Assembly: GCA_964426185.1 (NCBI GenBank)
Contig: CAYRPF010000103.1
Location: forward strand, 2,647-8,778
From: an uncultured archaeon
GTDB taxonomy: Archaea; Asgardarchaeota; Lokiarchaeia; Sigyniarchaeales; Promethearchaeaceae
Reading direction: 5' to 3'
DNA length: 6,132 bases
Part shown: positions 4,895 to 6,132 of the stretch, one piece after another
Position numbering within the stretch: the stretch's first letter is position 1
How the letters are laid out: each line of letters begins with the position of its first letter
Position numbers and translations under genes: made by a program
The notes under the pieces: model-generated
What the model was told of the DNA's origin: nothing
The model's database searches: none
Seen by the model: the letters and a program-made list of their open reading frames with translations, nothing else

Positions 4895-6132
4895 GTGAGA
4901 ATTCAAAAAGTTCAGATTAAAAATTTTCGCACCATGAAAGATTCCGATTGCTTTCTTTTTCCATATATGGTGTTTGTGGGCAAAAATAATTCAGGAAAGT
5001 CAAATTTGATGAAAGCATTGGATGTATTTTTTCACAATTCTCCTACATTGGAAGATTTTAGAATCGAAAAAGGAAAAAGAATAACAAAATTTCAAATAAT
5101 TTTGACTTTTGTGGACTTAAGTGCAACAGAACAAATATTATTTCAATCATATGATGTTAAAGGAGTTGAACCATCCTCTAAAATCATTATTTGTTTTACG
5201 GCTACTTTAAAAGGTCATGAAATTTCCACAAAATATCATTTTGCCTATAATGGATTTGATTATTCTATTCCTGAAATTAAGAATGAATATGGTTTTTTAG
5301 ATGACGAGAAACTATCTTCAAAAAGTAAAATTCAAAAAAGTTCAACTGTTCCTCAAGAATTCAAAGATTATTTAGATGATTTCTGCAGATGTTTACCTAA
5401 AGGAGAAAAATTTTCAAAATCACATCTGTTACAAGTTAAGCGTGATTATATTTCTCAAAAAATCAAAGAGGAAAATATACCCTCGAAAATTAAATGGGCT
5501 CCCTTATCGATTAGAAAAAACGAATTTTCTCGATATTTCGGTCATTATTTCTTTATTCCTGCGGTCCAAGACATTACCAAAGAAACCACCTTTGCAGCTA
5601 GATCATCATCTAATCTAACTAAATTGATGAAGTATATTTTTGAAAAAATGCAAAATCAAGAACGACAGCAGCGATATGAGCAAAATATTCGTAAGATCAT
5701 ACAAGAAATTTACCGAATTGATCAACCCAATTCAGAGATTTACAAACTTCAAACCAGTATTAATTCTCTTTTAAGTGATTTTGACGGCTCGAAAATTCGG
5801 TTTGACACAGAACTTCCTTCAATAGATAAGGTGGTGCGTGATTCTCTAAAAATTTTTATTGATGATGGAGTAGAAACAGAAGTTATGCATAAAGGCCATG
5901 GACTTCAACGTTACTTCATGGTAATTCTGTTTAAAGCTTGGGCAAATCGAATAATCCCTAAATCCAAAGAACCACCTACATCATTGATTAAAGAAAATTC
6001 CTTCCCTATCAGTTCATCATCTGTTTTTTTTGCCGTCGAAGAACCAGAACTGTTTCTCCACCCTCAATATCAAAGATTGATGAAACACTATCTTAAAAAT
6101 ATCGCAGAAAATCCCGATAATCAAGTTATTTT
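4895..6132 (+). CDS. OLD-family (ATP-dependent endonuclease-type) ABC/AAA ATPase, 3'-truncated by the window edge
   Basis: Manual translation of frame 2 from GTG 4895 (GAGGA at 4880-4884; in-frame TTG at 4886) has no stop before the window end. It begins MRIQKVQIKNFRTMKD, with Walker A VFVGKNNSGKSNLMKALDVFF (GKNNSGKS at 4979-5002), FFIPAVQD, signature-like IFIDDGVETEVMHKGHGLQR (about 5851-5911), Walker B/D-loop FFAVEEPELFLHPQYQR (about 6026-6076), and ends NQVI just before the expected H-loop. It is absent from the ORF track, presumably because it lacks a stop in the window. Confidence 0.9.
   Translation, partial: MRIQKVQIKNFRTMKDSDCFLFPYMVFVGKNNSGKSNLMKALDVFFHNSPTLEDFRIEKGKRITKFQIILTFVDLSATEQILFQSYDVKGVEPSSKIIICFTATLKGHEISTKYHFAYNGFDYSIPEIKNEYGFLDDEKLSSKSKIQKSSTVPQEFKDYLDDFCRCLPKGEKFSKSHLLQVKRDYISQKIKEENIPSKIKWAPLSIRKNEFSRYFGHYFFIPAVQDITKETTFAARSSSNLTKLMKYIFEKMQNQERQQRYEQNIRKIIQEIYRIDQPNSEIYKLQTSINSLLSDFDGSKIRFDTELPSIDKVVRDSLKIFIDDGVETEVMHKGHGLQRYFMVILFKAWANRIIPKSKEPPTSLIKENSFPISSSSVFFAVEEPELFLHPQYQRLMKHYLKNIAENPDNQVI

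Noticed and set aside
5376-5618. 80-aa plus-strand ORF
   Set aside because: Out of frame inside the OLD-family ATPase gene.
4895-6132. Naming the ATPase gajA, SMC/Rad50 or recF
   Set aside because: There is no long SMC-type coiled coil between the Walker motifs, and the partner genes needed to call Gabija are outside the window.

Overview
AT-rich window with archaeal-style expression signals (TTTAAA[T/A]A boxes, AGGTG/GAGGA Shine-Dalgarno-like motifs, oligo-T tracts after genes). An Asgard/Lokiarchaeia-like origin is plausible but is only an inference. Five coding regions are supported. (1) The 3' end of a gene running in from the left edge, with a perfect 15-bp (THENN) tandem repeat linker and a CheY-like receiver domain, most likely a hybrid sensor kinase. 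(2) A 689-aa protein with no signal peptide, built of about five Ig-like/DUF11-like beta-sandwich modules, an acidic Pro/Thr/Glu linker and a C-terminal CxxC...CxxC zinc ribbon; its N-terminus resembles a mu-homology (delta-COP/AP-mu) domain by eye. (3) A minus-strand DUF438/hemerythrin-like/PAS_10 protein. (4) A small basic coiled-coil ORF ending in two adjacent 12-bp tandem repeats. (5) An OLD-family/ABC-type ATPase missed by the ORF track, starting at GTG 4895 and running off the right edge. The 689-aa protein is the best novelty candidate. All assignments come from reading motifs by eye; no searches were run.
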